In this document: positions 16,205 to 25,300 of the stretch, in pieces
Layout of the letters: every line of letters starts with the position of its first letter
How positions within the stretch are numbered: the stretch's first letter is position 1
DNA from: a virus
Strand: one strand, 5' to 3'
IMG/VR virus record: IMGVR_UViG_3300027782_000032
Span: 64,001-128,000 of that record
Length of the DNA: 64,000 bases
Position numbers and translations under genes: made by a program
Notes under the pieces: generated by a model
Databases searched by the model: none
Told to the model about the DNA's origin: nothing
The model's input: the letters and a program-made list of their open reading frames with translations, nothing else

Positions 16205-17113
16205 CTACCTATTCTTCTTAAGCTTGGATACCCCAGGTCTTGCAGCCTTAGACTTTTTCTTATTATTAGCTAAAGGTTTTGTTACTTTAGATACTGAAGC
16301 CTTTTGTTTATCAACTATGTTAGATAAAACTTTACCTGCAGCGCCTGCTGCGGCGTATGCTTCTATTGTTTTGCGGTCCAAAGAGCTATCTTTAGAGTTA
16401 AGCTTTGCAAGTACGTCTGCTTTAATTATTTGCGATTCAGTACTAGGTCTAAGTCCAAAAGCAACTATTTGATCTGAGTTGGAAGCAGTTTTGTTGCTTT
16501 GGGCAGATACAATCTTACTTACTAGTCCTTCTGCCGCTCTAACAGGGGCTAAAAACTTGTCCTTATCCGCACCTTTGTAAGCAACAGCAAGCATGTTTAT
16601 ACGATTTATTGCATTATTGCCTTCCGAATCGAGTCCACCTGTTGTGGCACGAGCCAAGGATTTTGAGTATGTTGCAATAAGCTGAGGCATCTCGTTCTGG
16701 TAGTTTCTGTCTCTAGTAGCTCGGTACTCGGCTTCAGCCTTTTGTGTTAGCATATCAAACTCCTTTTTTTGAGCAGCTATCCTTGCTGCTTCTGCTGGAG
16801 TAGGGCCGCCTCCGAATCCGAATGTGCGTCCTGGTGGAATACCGCCATTTCTAATCATAGCATCATTATACTCTGCTGCGCTTCGCTCCTGCTGACGTAA
16901 TCTATCAGCTTGCTCTACCTCAGCCATGTGCTTACCGTATGGAATGTCGTTTGCTCTCTTAAGCTTTTCATTGTCAGAAGCAACTGCTGCTGCAGATCTT
17001 GCAGCAAAATCACGATCCCACTGCCGCGAGTTCCTTTCTCTAAGCGCTTGGTCTTGGTACTCCATATATTGCTTCTGCTCAGCCGCAGTTGTCGGCGTAG
17101 GCCATCCTGCCAT
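16205..17113 (-). CDS. Orphan protein with basic C-terminal tail (VSKLKKNR)
   Basis: 302 aa, AAGGAG RBS; member of the tail array. Confidence 0.75.
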   Translation of the reverse strand: MAGWPTPTTAAEQKQYMEYQDQALRERNSRQWDRDFAARSAAAVASDNEKLKRANDIPYGKHMAEVEQADRLRQQERSAAEYNDAMIRNGGIPPGRTFGFGGGPTPAEAARIAAQKKEFDMLTQKAEAEYRATRDRNYQNEMPQLIATYSKSLARATTGGLDSEGNNAINRINMLAVAYKGADKDKFLAPVRAAEGLVSKIVSAQSNKTASNSDQIVAFGLRPSTESQIIKADVLAKLNSKDSSLDRKTIEAYAAAGAAGKVLSNIVDKQKASVSKVTKPLANNKKKSKAARPGVSKLKKNR

Positions 17114-17161
17114 AGTAACCTCCTTACTTTTATCTAGTCACCTAAAACTTAGTAAAGTAAT

Positions 17162-17944
17162 TTACCTTCTTCTATTTTGCTTTTTAATCTTGGCTATGCC
17201 CTTAGCAAAAGCCTTCTTAGCCTTTTCCTTTGCCTTTAGCTTGGCTGGTGGCTTCTTTACTTTTTCTGCAGCGGTCTTCTTATTAGTTAAAGCGTCAGCA
17301 AGCTTTTTTGAAGCTTCATCAGCTGCCTTTTTATTAACGGCTATTATGTCTGCTTTATTTTTATCGGTCTGAATACCTCTGTAGCTTCTACACTGTGCAG
17401 ATTGAAAGATAGCAGTGTTGACTAAGTTAGGTGAGTCGCACTTACCAGTGGCAACAGCGTTTGCTATGAGGTTAGGTAAAGAATTAGCAGCAGCCTTCTG
17501 TACTTCAGCCGCCGCTGCAGCGGCGGCGGCGTCTGCTGCTTCTTTAAGCTTTTGGTTGCGCGGTTTGTTCCTTTCAAAATTAGCAGCTATTTTATCGGCT
17601 ACTGATTTGTCATAAGCCAGCCTGTCGGCAACAGTGGCCTTAGCAATAGCCTCTCTAGCAATGCCTTCTGTGTCACCGCAATAGCCGCCGTTCTTTTGGC
17701 ATGATTCTACTGCAAGACCACCAAGCCTTGGATCAAAAACAGGAGGAGTGTATGGGACAATAGCTCCGATGCCAGGATTGGTGGAGTTAGCGCTAGGCTG
17801 CCTATTAATGGCTCCAGACAATTGAGTAACTGCTTCCCTTGCGTCTGAAGCAGCTCGAGATGCGTCTTCGTTAGCCTTCATGTTAGCTTGTACAGCTTGT
17901 TGTTGTTGCCAGTAAGGTAAATTTCGATTCAACATAAATGCCAT
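17162..17944 (-). CDS. Orphan Ala-rich protein with Cys pairs and basic tail (IAKIKKQNRRR)
   Basis: 260 aa; the RBS overlaps the upstream stop (TAAGGAG). Confidence 0.75.
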   Translation of the reverse strand: MAFMLNRNLPYWQQQQAVQANMKANEDASRAASDAREAVTQLSGAINRQPSANSTNPGIGAIVPYTPPVFDPRLGGLAVESCQKNGGYCGDTEGIAREAIAKATVADRLAYDKSVADKIAANFERNKPRNQKLKEAADAAAAAAAAEVQKAAANSLPNLIANAVATGKCDSPNLVNTAIFQSAQCRSYRGIQTDKNKADIIAVNKKAADEASKKLADALTNKKTAAEKVKKPPAKLKAKEKAKKAFAKGIAKIKKQNRRR

Positions 17945-17954
17945 TTTATTCTCC

Positions 17955-18845
17955 TTATTTTCTTTTCTTGGGTTTAGCTAACACCTTGTTCTTTGATTTT
18001 GCTTTAGACTTAGCTATAGCAGCTTCAACTGTATCCAAAAGCTTTTTAGTTTGAGCTTTATTTAAGTTAGCCTTCTTAGCAGCGCTTCTAGCGTCCTCTC
18101 TAAAAGCAGTAGCTCCAGCTACATTAGCTGCTGCGCTAGTACCTGCTACAAAGTTAGCAGAGGCTACAAACTTACCTATGTCAAATGGATCAGGCCGTGG
18201 CTCTTTAGGCGGCACTACGTTAGGCTTGCTATTGCATCTACAATGCCTAGTTGGCTTAGGATTAGCTGTAGGTAAAGGATTAGCTGTAGGTAAGGGATTA
18301 GCAGTAGGTAGGGGAGCTACTTGAGGCTGCTCTATTTCATACTGTGTAAACTGATCTGTACCTTGTACAGGTTGCTTTATAGCAGGCTGTCCTACTACTG
18401 GCTGAATAGCAGTTGGTGCAGGGCTGCCAGGGTCAGAACTGGTAAACGCATGAACCCACCAATCTGTTCCAGCTCCATAATCGCCTACGTTGTAACCTCT
18501 AGCGTTTTCTATAGAGGCTCCACCGCTAGACCTAACAGCAGAGTAAGGAGGCTTAGAGCCCATGGCATAATTAGGCATATTAGTAAGGGCAGCAGGAGGT
18601 ACAGCGAATGGCTGATTGATTGAGCCATCTCCCCACTTAGCTGTGGATCCGCCTGTTACAACTAAACCTTTAGAGGTTACAGCCTCTACACGGTAAACGC
18701 CGTCTAGGCTTTCATTCCAACCTGATATACCTGCTCTTTCAAATTGTCCAAGAGATATAACATCTCCTTGTTTAAATGGAACTCCGTTAGAACCTGTTGT
18801 AGTACCACTGCCTTTATTTGAAAATGTAATAATATTATATGACAT
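17955..18845 (-). CDS. Orphan protein with (PLPTAN)x3 repeat and basic tail (LAKPKKRK)
   Basis: 296 aa; TAGGAG stop/RBS overlap. Confidence 0.75.
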   Translation of the reverse strand: MSYNIITFSNKGSGTTTGSNGVPFKQGDVISLGQFERAGISGWNESLDGVYRVEAVTSKGLVVTGGSTAKWGDGSINQPFAVPPAALTNMPNYAMGSKPPYSAVRSSGGASIENARGYNVGDYGAGTDWWVHAFTSSDPGSPAPTAIQPVVGQPAIKQPVQGTDQFTQYEIEQPQVAPLPTANPLPTANPLPTANPKPTRHCRCNSKPNVVPPKEPRPDPFDIGKFVASANFVAGTSAAANVAGATAFREDARSAAKKANLNKAQTKKLLDTVEAAIAKSKAKSKNKVLAKPKKRK

Positions 18846-18856
18846 AGTCTTATCTC

Positions 18857-19753
18857 CTATCGGTTTTTCTTTTTAAGTTTAGAAACAGGAGCAGGCTTTT
18901 TATTTACTGGAGGCTTAGGGGCAGCCAATGCATTAGACTTAGCTGGCTGAGCATTCTTAATAGCCTTAGAAACTTTTGACTTAGCTTTTTTTGAACCTTT
19001 ATTAACTATAGGAACAAAGCTAGCGGTGTCTCCTTCTTCAAGGCTTTGAAGGTCCTCTGCCTCTACAGTTGGAATCGGCGCAGGATTAAATCCCAAGGTT
19101 TTATTTTTTTTAGCTGAACCCACACGGTTTAAAGAAGCTGAAGCTTTTGAGCCGCCTTGGTATGCAGCTTCAGCAGCTGGGTGCATGCCAGGAGCTTTAT
19201 AATCAGGCTCAACCTTGAAACCTAAATTCTTAATCTTTATCTCTAATCCAGCTATTCCTCCAGCTAGGTTGCTAGACTGTTGTCGAACAGCGGACCTAGC
19301 TGCCAGTAGTTTTCTTAAGTTTTCGGCTATGTACGCTTTAGCCTGTTCTTGTGGAGTTGTACCTTTTACTCTAGCCTCGTCTATGGTAGTTACACTGTTG
19401 CCGTAGTCTCCGTCCTGTCCTACGGTAAACGTCTCAGTAATTTCTTGTTTGGTCAGTCGGTCCACTCCAAGGACGTCGTAAGAGTCTTTAATTTGCACTG
19501 GTATGCCAGCCTCTAGTAGTCTATAAAGCCGGTCTAGCCTATCAAGCGCAGGCCTGAATCGGCTCATCTTTTGACGCGCAACAGCCAACTGACTGTTTAA
19601 GTCTGAAACTTGATTAATGGCCGTAGGTGAGGATCTGTTTAGCCCCTGCCTTAGCCTAAGCACGTATAGAGCCTGTGAAGCTTCATTAATAGCATCTTGA
19701 TCTCTTGCGTATGGGTCATTTACGATAGCTTGTAGCCTCATTTCTTCGTCCAT
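18857..19753 (-). CDS. Orphan protein with basic tail (PVSKLKKKNR)
   Basis: 298 aa; TAGGAG stop/RBS overlap. Confidence 0.75.
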   Translation of the reverse strand: MDEEMRLQAIVNDPYARDQDAINEASQALYVLRLRQGLNRSSPTAINQVSDLNSQLAVARQKMSRFRPALDRLDRLYRLLEAGIPVQIKDSYDVLGVDRLTKQEITETFTVGQDGDYGNSVTTIDEARVKGTTPQEQAKAYIAENLRKLLAARSAVRQQSSNLAGGIAGLEIKIKNLGFKVEPDYKAPGMHPAAEAAYQGGSKASASLNRVGSAKKNKTLGFNPAPIPTVEAEDLQSLEEGDTASFVPIVNKGSKKAKSKVSKAIKNAQPAKSNALAAPKPPVNKKPAPVSKLKKKNR

Positions 19754-19764
19754 ATTATTATCTC

Positions 19765-20706
19765 CTATCGGTTTTTCTTTTTAAGTTTAGAAACAGGAGG
19801 CCTAGCTACTTTTTTATTTTTCTTTTTTGATACTACAGGAGTTTTACCAGCTGGTCCCCTTGCTGAGCCTGATTGAGAGACTACAGCGTTAGCTAGTGCA
19901 TCGTATACTGGGAAAGCCTCTTTACGCTGGGCCGTAATAATAGGCTTAGCGACTGCGTCTATCGCTGCGGCTTGATTGTCTCTATTGGTCTGATCGTCAA
20001 GCTTGGCGTTGTTAGCTAAAGCCCTACGTGCTATCGCCGCCGCTCGCATATCTGCAGGTTCATACGACACAGTCCTAGTATCTTTACCTACTTGCGCTAA
20101 GTTAGCAGCTGCCTGCGCAGCAAAACCTTCAGAAGAACCAAGAGTTGAAGGACCGCTGTAATAATTAGTAAGCTGGACTTCGGCACTTGAGTTCCACGTA
20201 GTTTCAAGAGGATGAAGAAGGCCCTTTTTAATCATGTCCCTTCGTATTGCTTCTTTCATCTCTGGAGTGGCTGTACTAACTATTTCTGCAGCGTAAGCTG
20301 CAGCAGGTTTTGCAGCAATTTGATTTGCATTATTAATTAAAGCTTTAGCTTTATTGTCTCTATACCGTTGAGCTACTACAGCATTTGAATTACCCCTTTC
20401 ATAAAGTTTTATAGCATCCCTTTGAGCTCCTGTGCATTTAGTAACACCAATAGGCGCATTGAGGTTGGTATCACAACTAAACCCAAGCTGACGAGTTCTT
20501 ACATCTAGGAAATAATTAGAGTTTAAAGGGCCACTATATCGCAGCCTAGTTTCAGCAGCACTAACAGCATTAGCGTTTGCTATAGCCAGCTCAAATGGAG
20601 TTAGCCCTCTACCTGTAAAACCATTGGCCGGTTTAGAGTTAGCGTAGCGTAGTCGTTGTTCTTCTGCTGTTCCAAATATCCGCTCTCCAAGTGTAGGCTC
20701 AGCCAT
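19765..20706 (-). CDS. Orphan protein with basic tail (PVSKLKKKNR)
   Basis: 313 aa; starts 1 nt after the C39 peptidase stop. Confidence 0.75.
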   Translation of the reverse strand: MAEPTLGERIFGTAEEQRLRYANSKPANGFTGRGLTPFELAIANANAVSAAETRLRYSGPLNSNYFLDVRTRQLGFSCDTNLNAPIGVTKCTGAQRDAIKLYERGNSNAVVAQRYRDNKAKALINNANQIAAKPAAAYAAEIVSTATPEMKEAIRRDMIKKGLLHPLETTWNSSAEVQLTNYYSGPSTLGSSEGFAAQAAANLAQVGKDTRTVSYEPADMRAAAIARRALANNAKLDDQTNRDNQAAAIDAVAKPIITAQRKEAFPVYDALANAVVSQSGSARGPAGKTPVVSKKKNKKVARPPVSKLKKKNR

Positions 20707-20707
20707 G

Positions 20708-21292
20708 TTATCCTCCTACTTTTGTTGGTTTGTCTTCAAATAGGATCATAGAGATAGACTCTACAAACGCCTCTGTAACGGGCCTCTCATTCTTCCATAT
20801 CGCTAAGCCAAACCGCCTGTAAGGTCTTCCAGTCTTATCCTTATCATGCCACCTGTCTTCAAAGTCTTTCCAAGGTATATAGCCCCTAGCGTCATCTAAG
20901 GCTGGGTCTTCGAAGTAAACGTTATTAGCGTCGTAGTCTATTGCTATAACGTAGTGGCCGCTGTCTCCAGCTAGCTCAGCAGGCGTAGAAGCCCAAGCCT
21001 GCACAGCTATGATTACTGGATGGCCTTCTTCTAAATAATACTTAAGTTCTTGGTTGGTCATTCGCTCGTGCCATACCGTGCTGTAACCTCTTGCCTTGGC
21101 AGCCTTGCTAAGGGCCATAGGAGTGGTTCCGTCAACAGGATCGGACTTAAGCTCTGCAGCTAAAATAGACTCCTCGATGAACTCGCCCCAGTAGCCAAAG
21201 ATAGCGCTAAGGGCCGCGGGTCCGCACGTATAACAGGACTTCTGACGAGCGTCAGGTAAAGGTATTCGATTTCCTCGCAGGGTCCTGTCCAT
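20708..21292 (-). CDS. C39-family (papain-like) cysteine peptidase
   Basis: QKSCYTCGPAAL (Gln/Cys), GHYVIA (His), EDPA (Asp); AAGGAG RBS. Confidence 0.85.
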   Translation of the reverse strand: MDRTLRGNRIPLPDARQKSCYTCGPAALSAIFGYWGEFIEESILAAELKSDPVDGTTPMALSKAAKARGYSTVWHERMTNQELKYYLEEGHPVIIAVQAWASTPAELAGDSGHYVIAIDYDANNVYFEDPALDDARGYIPWKDFEDRWHDKDKTGRPYRRFGLAIWKNERPVTEAFVESISMILFEDKPTKVGG

Positions 21293-21408
21293 GTATGGCT
21301 CCTTGCGTGAGGGGTTAAGATGTAAAGCAGCTAAATGCCACTAATATATAATAACCCAGCTATCTCACGGTAGGAACCTATAAAAACTAATTAAACGTAA
21401 GTCCTTAT

Positions 21409-21654
21409 CTAGTCTTGCTTTAAAAGCATATTAAGGAACTGCTTGTTAGCAGATACAACTGGTTCAGGCCTGCCTAGGGTGGCATTACCTTGACCTCTTA
21501 CATCAGCGTTACGCCAAGTCCAGCACTCGCCTGTGTCATCTTGAAACACAACCCACATAAGATCGTGATCTTGGCTGTAGTCTATTATGACATGAGCCAT
21601 GCCCTTGCCTTTGATGGTTATAACTGGAATAGGAGGATCTAGCTGCAGCATCAT
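21409..21654 (-). CDS. Small hypothetical protein (MMLQLDPPIPV...)
   Basis: Start moved to ATG 21654 because of AAGGAG at 21661-21666. Confidence 0.7.
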   Translation of the reverse strand: MMLQLDPPIPVITIKGKGMAHVIIDYSQDHDLMWVVFQDDTGECWTWRNADVRGQGNATLGRPEPVVSANKQFLNMLLKQD

Positions 21655-21666
21655 AACTAACTCCTT

Positions 21667-21680
21667 TGGAGACGTCTCCA
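21667..21680. repeat. Iterated palindrome copy 3 (between a stop codon and the next RBS)
   Basis: Minus strand reads TAG-TGGAGACGTCTCCA-AAGGAG. Confidence 0.95.
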
Positions 21681-22292
21681 CTATCTGTTTTTCTTTTTAA
21701 GTTTTGCCACTGAACCTCTTTTACCAGTAGATTTTTTCTTAAGGCTAGATGGCTTGGTTCCAGCAGCTGGGGTGGAGGCTGGAGTGGAAGCTGAGCTACT
21801 TCCCCTTTGTACAGTAAAAGAAGCCTCAAGCTTTTGCCTTAAGTTTTTAAGACGTCCAACGTCTGCAGTGAGCTTTGACTTTATACCATCATACCCAGCT
21901 GGCATGGGGTAGCTCCTTTTATAATCACTAATAAATTGATTAAGCTCCTTAAACATGGCTTCACTTTTAATTTTACCAAAGTTAATTGTGCTAGTGGGCA
22001 AGCGACCACCATTTTTAAGGGCTGCCGCCTTCTGTTCTATGGTCACAGGAGGAGCATAGCCAAACTTGAGAGCTTCTAATCTAGATATAGTGTGCAATCT
22101 TGACTCATAGTCATAAACTATAGCATTGCCTGCTTTTATACTGCTAACTAGAGCTTGACCCTCAACAACGTGTGCAGGCGCTGCACCCTTAATTGCATGA
22201 CTAAACTCAAGAAGAAGACCGGCTATAGCTCTCGTTTCGTTTTCAGCAGCACTACTACCGCCGCCTGATGCCATTTGCATAAAATTAGTCAT
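21681..22292 (-). CDS. Orphan protein with basic tail (VAKLKKKNR)
   Basis: 203 aa, GGAG RBS. Confidence 0.75.
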   Translation of the reverse strand: MTNFMQMASGGGSSAAENETRAIAGLLLEFSHAIKGAAPAHVVEGQALVSSIKAGNAIVYDYESRLHTISRLEALKFGYAPPVTIEQKAAALKNGGRLPTSTINFGKIKSEAMFKELNQFISDYKRSYPMPAGYDGIKSKLTADVGRLKNLRQKLEASFTVQRGSSSASTPASTPAAGTKPSSLKKKSTGKRGSVAKLKKKNR

Positions 22293-22305
22293 AGTATAGT
22301 CTCCA

Positions 22306-22932
22306 CTATCGGTTTTTCTTTTTAAGTTTAGCTGCAGCTTTTGCTTTAGCTTTAGCCTTTGCTTTTAACTTAGCAGGCTTCTTTCCACTGGCTTTGGATG
22401 TGCCTAGCTCCCTTGCAACTTCATCGAAAGTAACATTAGATCTTGCAGTACCGAAGTTATCGGTGGCAATACGCTTTTTTTCTAATTCAAGACAGGTCTT
22501 ATCAACTGATCTATTTTGTGCATCACGAGCACCTGCGCTGCAAGCCCTACTGTAAGCATCACTAAGGGATTTATCAGCATCTCTACGGCGCGCTAGTATA
22601 GCTTGCTCTGCAGCTAATTCAGCTGCTTTCTTATCTTTATCTGCTTTAGCCTTAGCCGTATCCTTCAGGTACTTTTGAAGTTCGGCGTTGTTTTCTGCTT
22701 TAGCTTTGACGTTACGGTTGTAATCTTGGCAGTCGGTTACTGTTGTGTTTCCAAGACATCTTGAATAACCGAGGCGCTCCCTTTTCTTGTCATCGGTACC
22801 GCATATATCAACAAGTCCAGCAATCTGACCCGTACCCTTACCCTCTATGCATGGCCTAGATGTAATAAGGTTAAGCATCTGTGATCGTTCCCATAGCTGT
22901 TGCGCTCTTGGGTCATTACTAAATACTGCCAT
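22306..22932 (-). CDS. Orphan Cys-containing protein with basic tail (AAKLKKKNR)
   Basis: 208 aa, 6 Cys, AGGAG RBS. Confidence 0.75.
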   Translation of the reverse strand: MAVFSNDPRAQQLWERSQMLNLITSRPCIEGKGTGQIAGLVDICGTDDKKRERLGYSRCLGNTTVTDCQDYNRNVKAKAENNAELQKYLKDTAKAKADKDKKAAELAAEQAILARRRDADKSLSDAYSRACSAGARDAQNRSVDKTCLELEKKRIATDNFGTARSNVTFDEVARELGTSKASGKKPAKLKAKAKAKAKAAAKLKKKNR

Positions 22933-22955
22933 AGTGTGTTCTCCTATGCGTTAAG

Positions 22956-25214
22956 TTAAGCCCCTTTCAACCCTTGGTTATAACTGTTTTGTAATACACC
23001 TTCTGCTTGCCCGTTCTGCTGCTTCTGCTGGCCACCAAACATGCTGTGAAGCCCGTAGCCTGCTACGCCTGTGCCTAGAGCGCCTAAAAGGTACTTGGCC
23101 CAGGGGTTGTTCTGCATGAAGTTAACTACTGGAAGAGCGTATCCAGCGGTGCGCCTCTCAGCTTCGTACTGACCTGCAGAGTCGTACATGCCTTGCTGCA
23201 TGCCTCTACCTACATCTTTAACAGTGTCAATAGCTGGCGCAACGCCTGGAACTTTCCTAACTGTGTTGCCAATGTTAGTAGCCATAGTACCTAGACCTTG
23301 AGCTACTCCGCCTGCGTAGTTAGATGCGTTGTCCTTCATAGACCTTAGTTTACTTTTAGCAATAACACCCTTGGCCATAGTAAATGGGTTTAAAGATTTA
23401 CCTAAGTAACTATCAACCCCGTAGTCAATTGCTTTGTCTGCCCATCCATTAATCGTACTAGAGACGTCTCCAGTTCCTTTAAAGTAATTGCTTACGTTGT
23501 TAGCCATAGCAGGAAGGTCTGGTCGATTACTCATAGCCTGAAGGCGCTCAAAAGCCTCTGGGCTGTACATTGACTGCAAAGCTGTAGACCCTGCGTTCAT
23601 TACTCCTGACCCTATAGACTTTAAAGAAGGAGAAGGACTAGAAGCTGCAGGCGCTGCAGCCTTAGGAGCTGGAGCTGATCCTGCACTTGGTGCAGCAACG
23701 TCAGACTGCTTGCCCATACCCATGAGCGTTCCGCCTGCTGATAAGAAGTTTTTTCCAAGCCTTTGAGCTCCAGAAATAACCTTACCTGCGCTATCAGTGG
23801 CTTGTCCCATAGCCTTCTCAGCACCTTTAGCTTGATTGTATCGCCTAGTTACTTCCCCTGGGCTGGTCCAGCCTGGAGCCCTGACCCATTTTTCTACCTC
23901 TGAAGTTGCGGCTGCTCCAACCTGCCTGCCAGTGTTCTGCAACGACTTTTTCATGTTAGCAAAGTCAAAGCCTCTAGCTGGTGCAGTACCTAGTATGGAA
24001 GGATCTAGCTTAGCTTTTGAGCTTATACTAGAGAAGTCAAAGTTACGTGCAGGAGCTGTACCTGACGCAGAAGGAGCTGCATTAGCCCTTCCTAGCTGAG
24101 ACCGTTGCCTATAAGCCATTTCTCTTGATTTGTTACTATCGTCTATATTGTTAGCTATGCTGTGGAATGCACTTCCAAACTCTCCTACTGACTTTACAGG
24201 GTTAGCAAAGTTTTGATAGACCTGTTGCATGTAAGATGGCCCTTCAGCTTGCTTAGTTGATTGGCCCCTATCATTGTTATCTAGAACCAAGCCGCCAGCG
24301 TAAAGGCTTTCTGGAGAGCCATGGAAATGCTCTTTTACCATGCGCTTTAGCACTCGCTGCTCTGCCTGCCTGTATAGGTCTTGAAAGTTCAGCTTCTTAA
24401 GCTCTGGGTACTCTTCAGCGAAGTCTGAAAGCTCCCAGTCCTTCTTAGGGCGCTGCGCTCTAGGAATCGCAGGCTTATTACCAAACATAGACCTGTACAT
24501 GGATCCAGGTATGTTTTTCCATAACTTGACCATGCTCTGTGCTTGCTTAACCCCGCCAGCTGGATCAAAGCCTAGATTCTTCTCTGTTACTCTTCTTAAC
24601 GCATTACGCGCAGTACCAAGCGGAGCAACTGGCTTTAAACCTTTTTGATTAAAACTCATCTTTCCAGGGACTGGCTTAATTGGCTTAGTTACCTGCATAC
24701 CCTCTGAGGAGTCAGAGTTGATGGCGGTTTCTTCTTCATCACCAGATCCTCTGCCAGGACTGGTAATAACAGAAGACAGCTTAGACAGTAGCGTACGCTC
24801 TGCAGCAGCTTTCAAAGGAGACGAGCCTGCCCATATAGAGTACAAATATTTTACTGCAGCAAGGCTACTGCTCTTCTCAACCTTCTTAAGCTTAGTGTAA
24901 TACTCAGGATCTTGAGTTAAGTGATCCATGGCTATCTCTTTAGCCATGCCAGTGTCGTTAGTGTGCTCTTTTTCTTCGTCAATGCCTTCATCGAGTACTC
25001 CTTTAGAGAAGTCTGAAGGCTTCTTGTCATCGCCTACTCCACCCTTAAGCTTGTTAGTTTCTAAAGCCTTCTTCTCTGCTTGATCTTCTACATGCTCTGG
25101 TAGGTCTTTCTTACCTGTAGCGGTAGACCACTCATCGCAATCCCATGAGCCAGCTTGGCCTTTACCCTTGAGGAGGTAACATAATTTACGTTGTGAATCA
25201 GATTTGAACGGCAT
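22956..25214 (-). CDS. Large multi-module protein with an N-terminal EHT...AxEIAxDHL...YY module (DUF5661-like from recall) and low-complexity C-terminus
   Basis: EEKEHTNDTGMAKEIAMDHLTQDPEYYTKL. Start moved to MPFKS (25214) with GGAG RBS. Confidence 0.7.
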   Translation of the reverse strand: MPFKSDSQRKLCYLLKGKGQAGSWDCDEWSTATGKKDLPEHVEDQAEKKALETNKLKGGVGDDKKPSDFSKGVLDEGIDEEKEHTNDTGMAKEIAMDHLTQDPEYYTKLKKVEKSSSLAAVKYLYSIWAGSSPLKAAAERTLLSKLSSVITSPGRGSGDEEETAINSDSSEGMQVTKPIKPVPGKMSFNQKGLKPVAPLGTARNALRRVTEKNLGFDPAGGVKQAQSMVKLWKNIPGSMYRSMFGNKPAIPRAQRPKKDWELSDFAEEYPELKKLNFQDLYRQAEQRVLKRMVKEHFHGSPESLYAGGLVLDNNDRGQSTKQAEGPSYMQQVYQNFANPVKSVGEFGSAFHSIANNIDDSNKSREMAYRQRSQLGRANAAPSASGTAPARNFDFSSISSKAKLDPSILGTAPARGFDFANMKKSLQNTGRQVGAAATSEVEKWVRAPGWTSPGEVTRRYNQAKGAEKAMGQATDSAGKVISGAQRLGKNFLSAGGTLMGMGKQSDVAAPSAGSAPAPKAAAPAASSPSPSLKSIGSGVMNAGSTALQSMYSPEAFERLQAMSNRPDLPAMANNVSNYFKGTGDVSSTINGWADKAIDYGVDSYLGKSLNPFTMAKGVIAKSKLRSMKDNASNYAGGVAQGLGTMATNIGNTVRKVPGVAPAIDTVKDVGRGMQQGMYDSAGQYEAERRTAGYALPVVNFMQNNPWAKYLLGALGTGVAGYGLHSMFGGQQKQQNGQAEGVLQNSYNQGLKGA

Positions 25215-25300
25215 ATCTAGGCTCCTGATGGTGACGTATAGCGTCATCCATTATATCAAGAGCCTTCTACGGAAGCTATATATTCATATAAAGCCTTGAA

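Noticed and set aside
16224-19406. Plus-strand ORFs such as 16926-17372 and 18321-18623
   Set aside because: Antisense to Ala/Lys-rich genes that have clear RBS and coupling; low-complexity sequence leaves reverse frames open.
21655-21681. ORF-track start METSPKE for the 21409 gene
   Set aside because: It is produced by the palindrome; an AAGGAG at 21661-21666 supports ATG 21654 instead.
16205-22932. Basic tails as eukaryotic nuclear localisation signals (eukaryotic giant virus)
   Set aside because: Pervasive AGGAG RBS motifs, stop/start coupling, intrinsic terminators, a lipobox protein and a bacterial-type beta-beta' favour a prokaryotic host. Not formally excluded.
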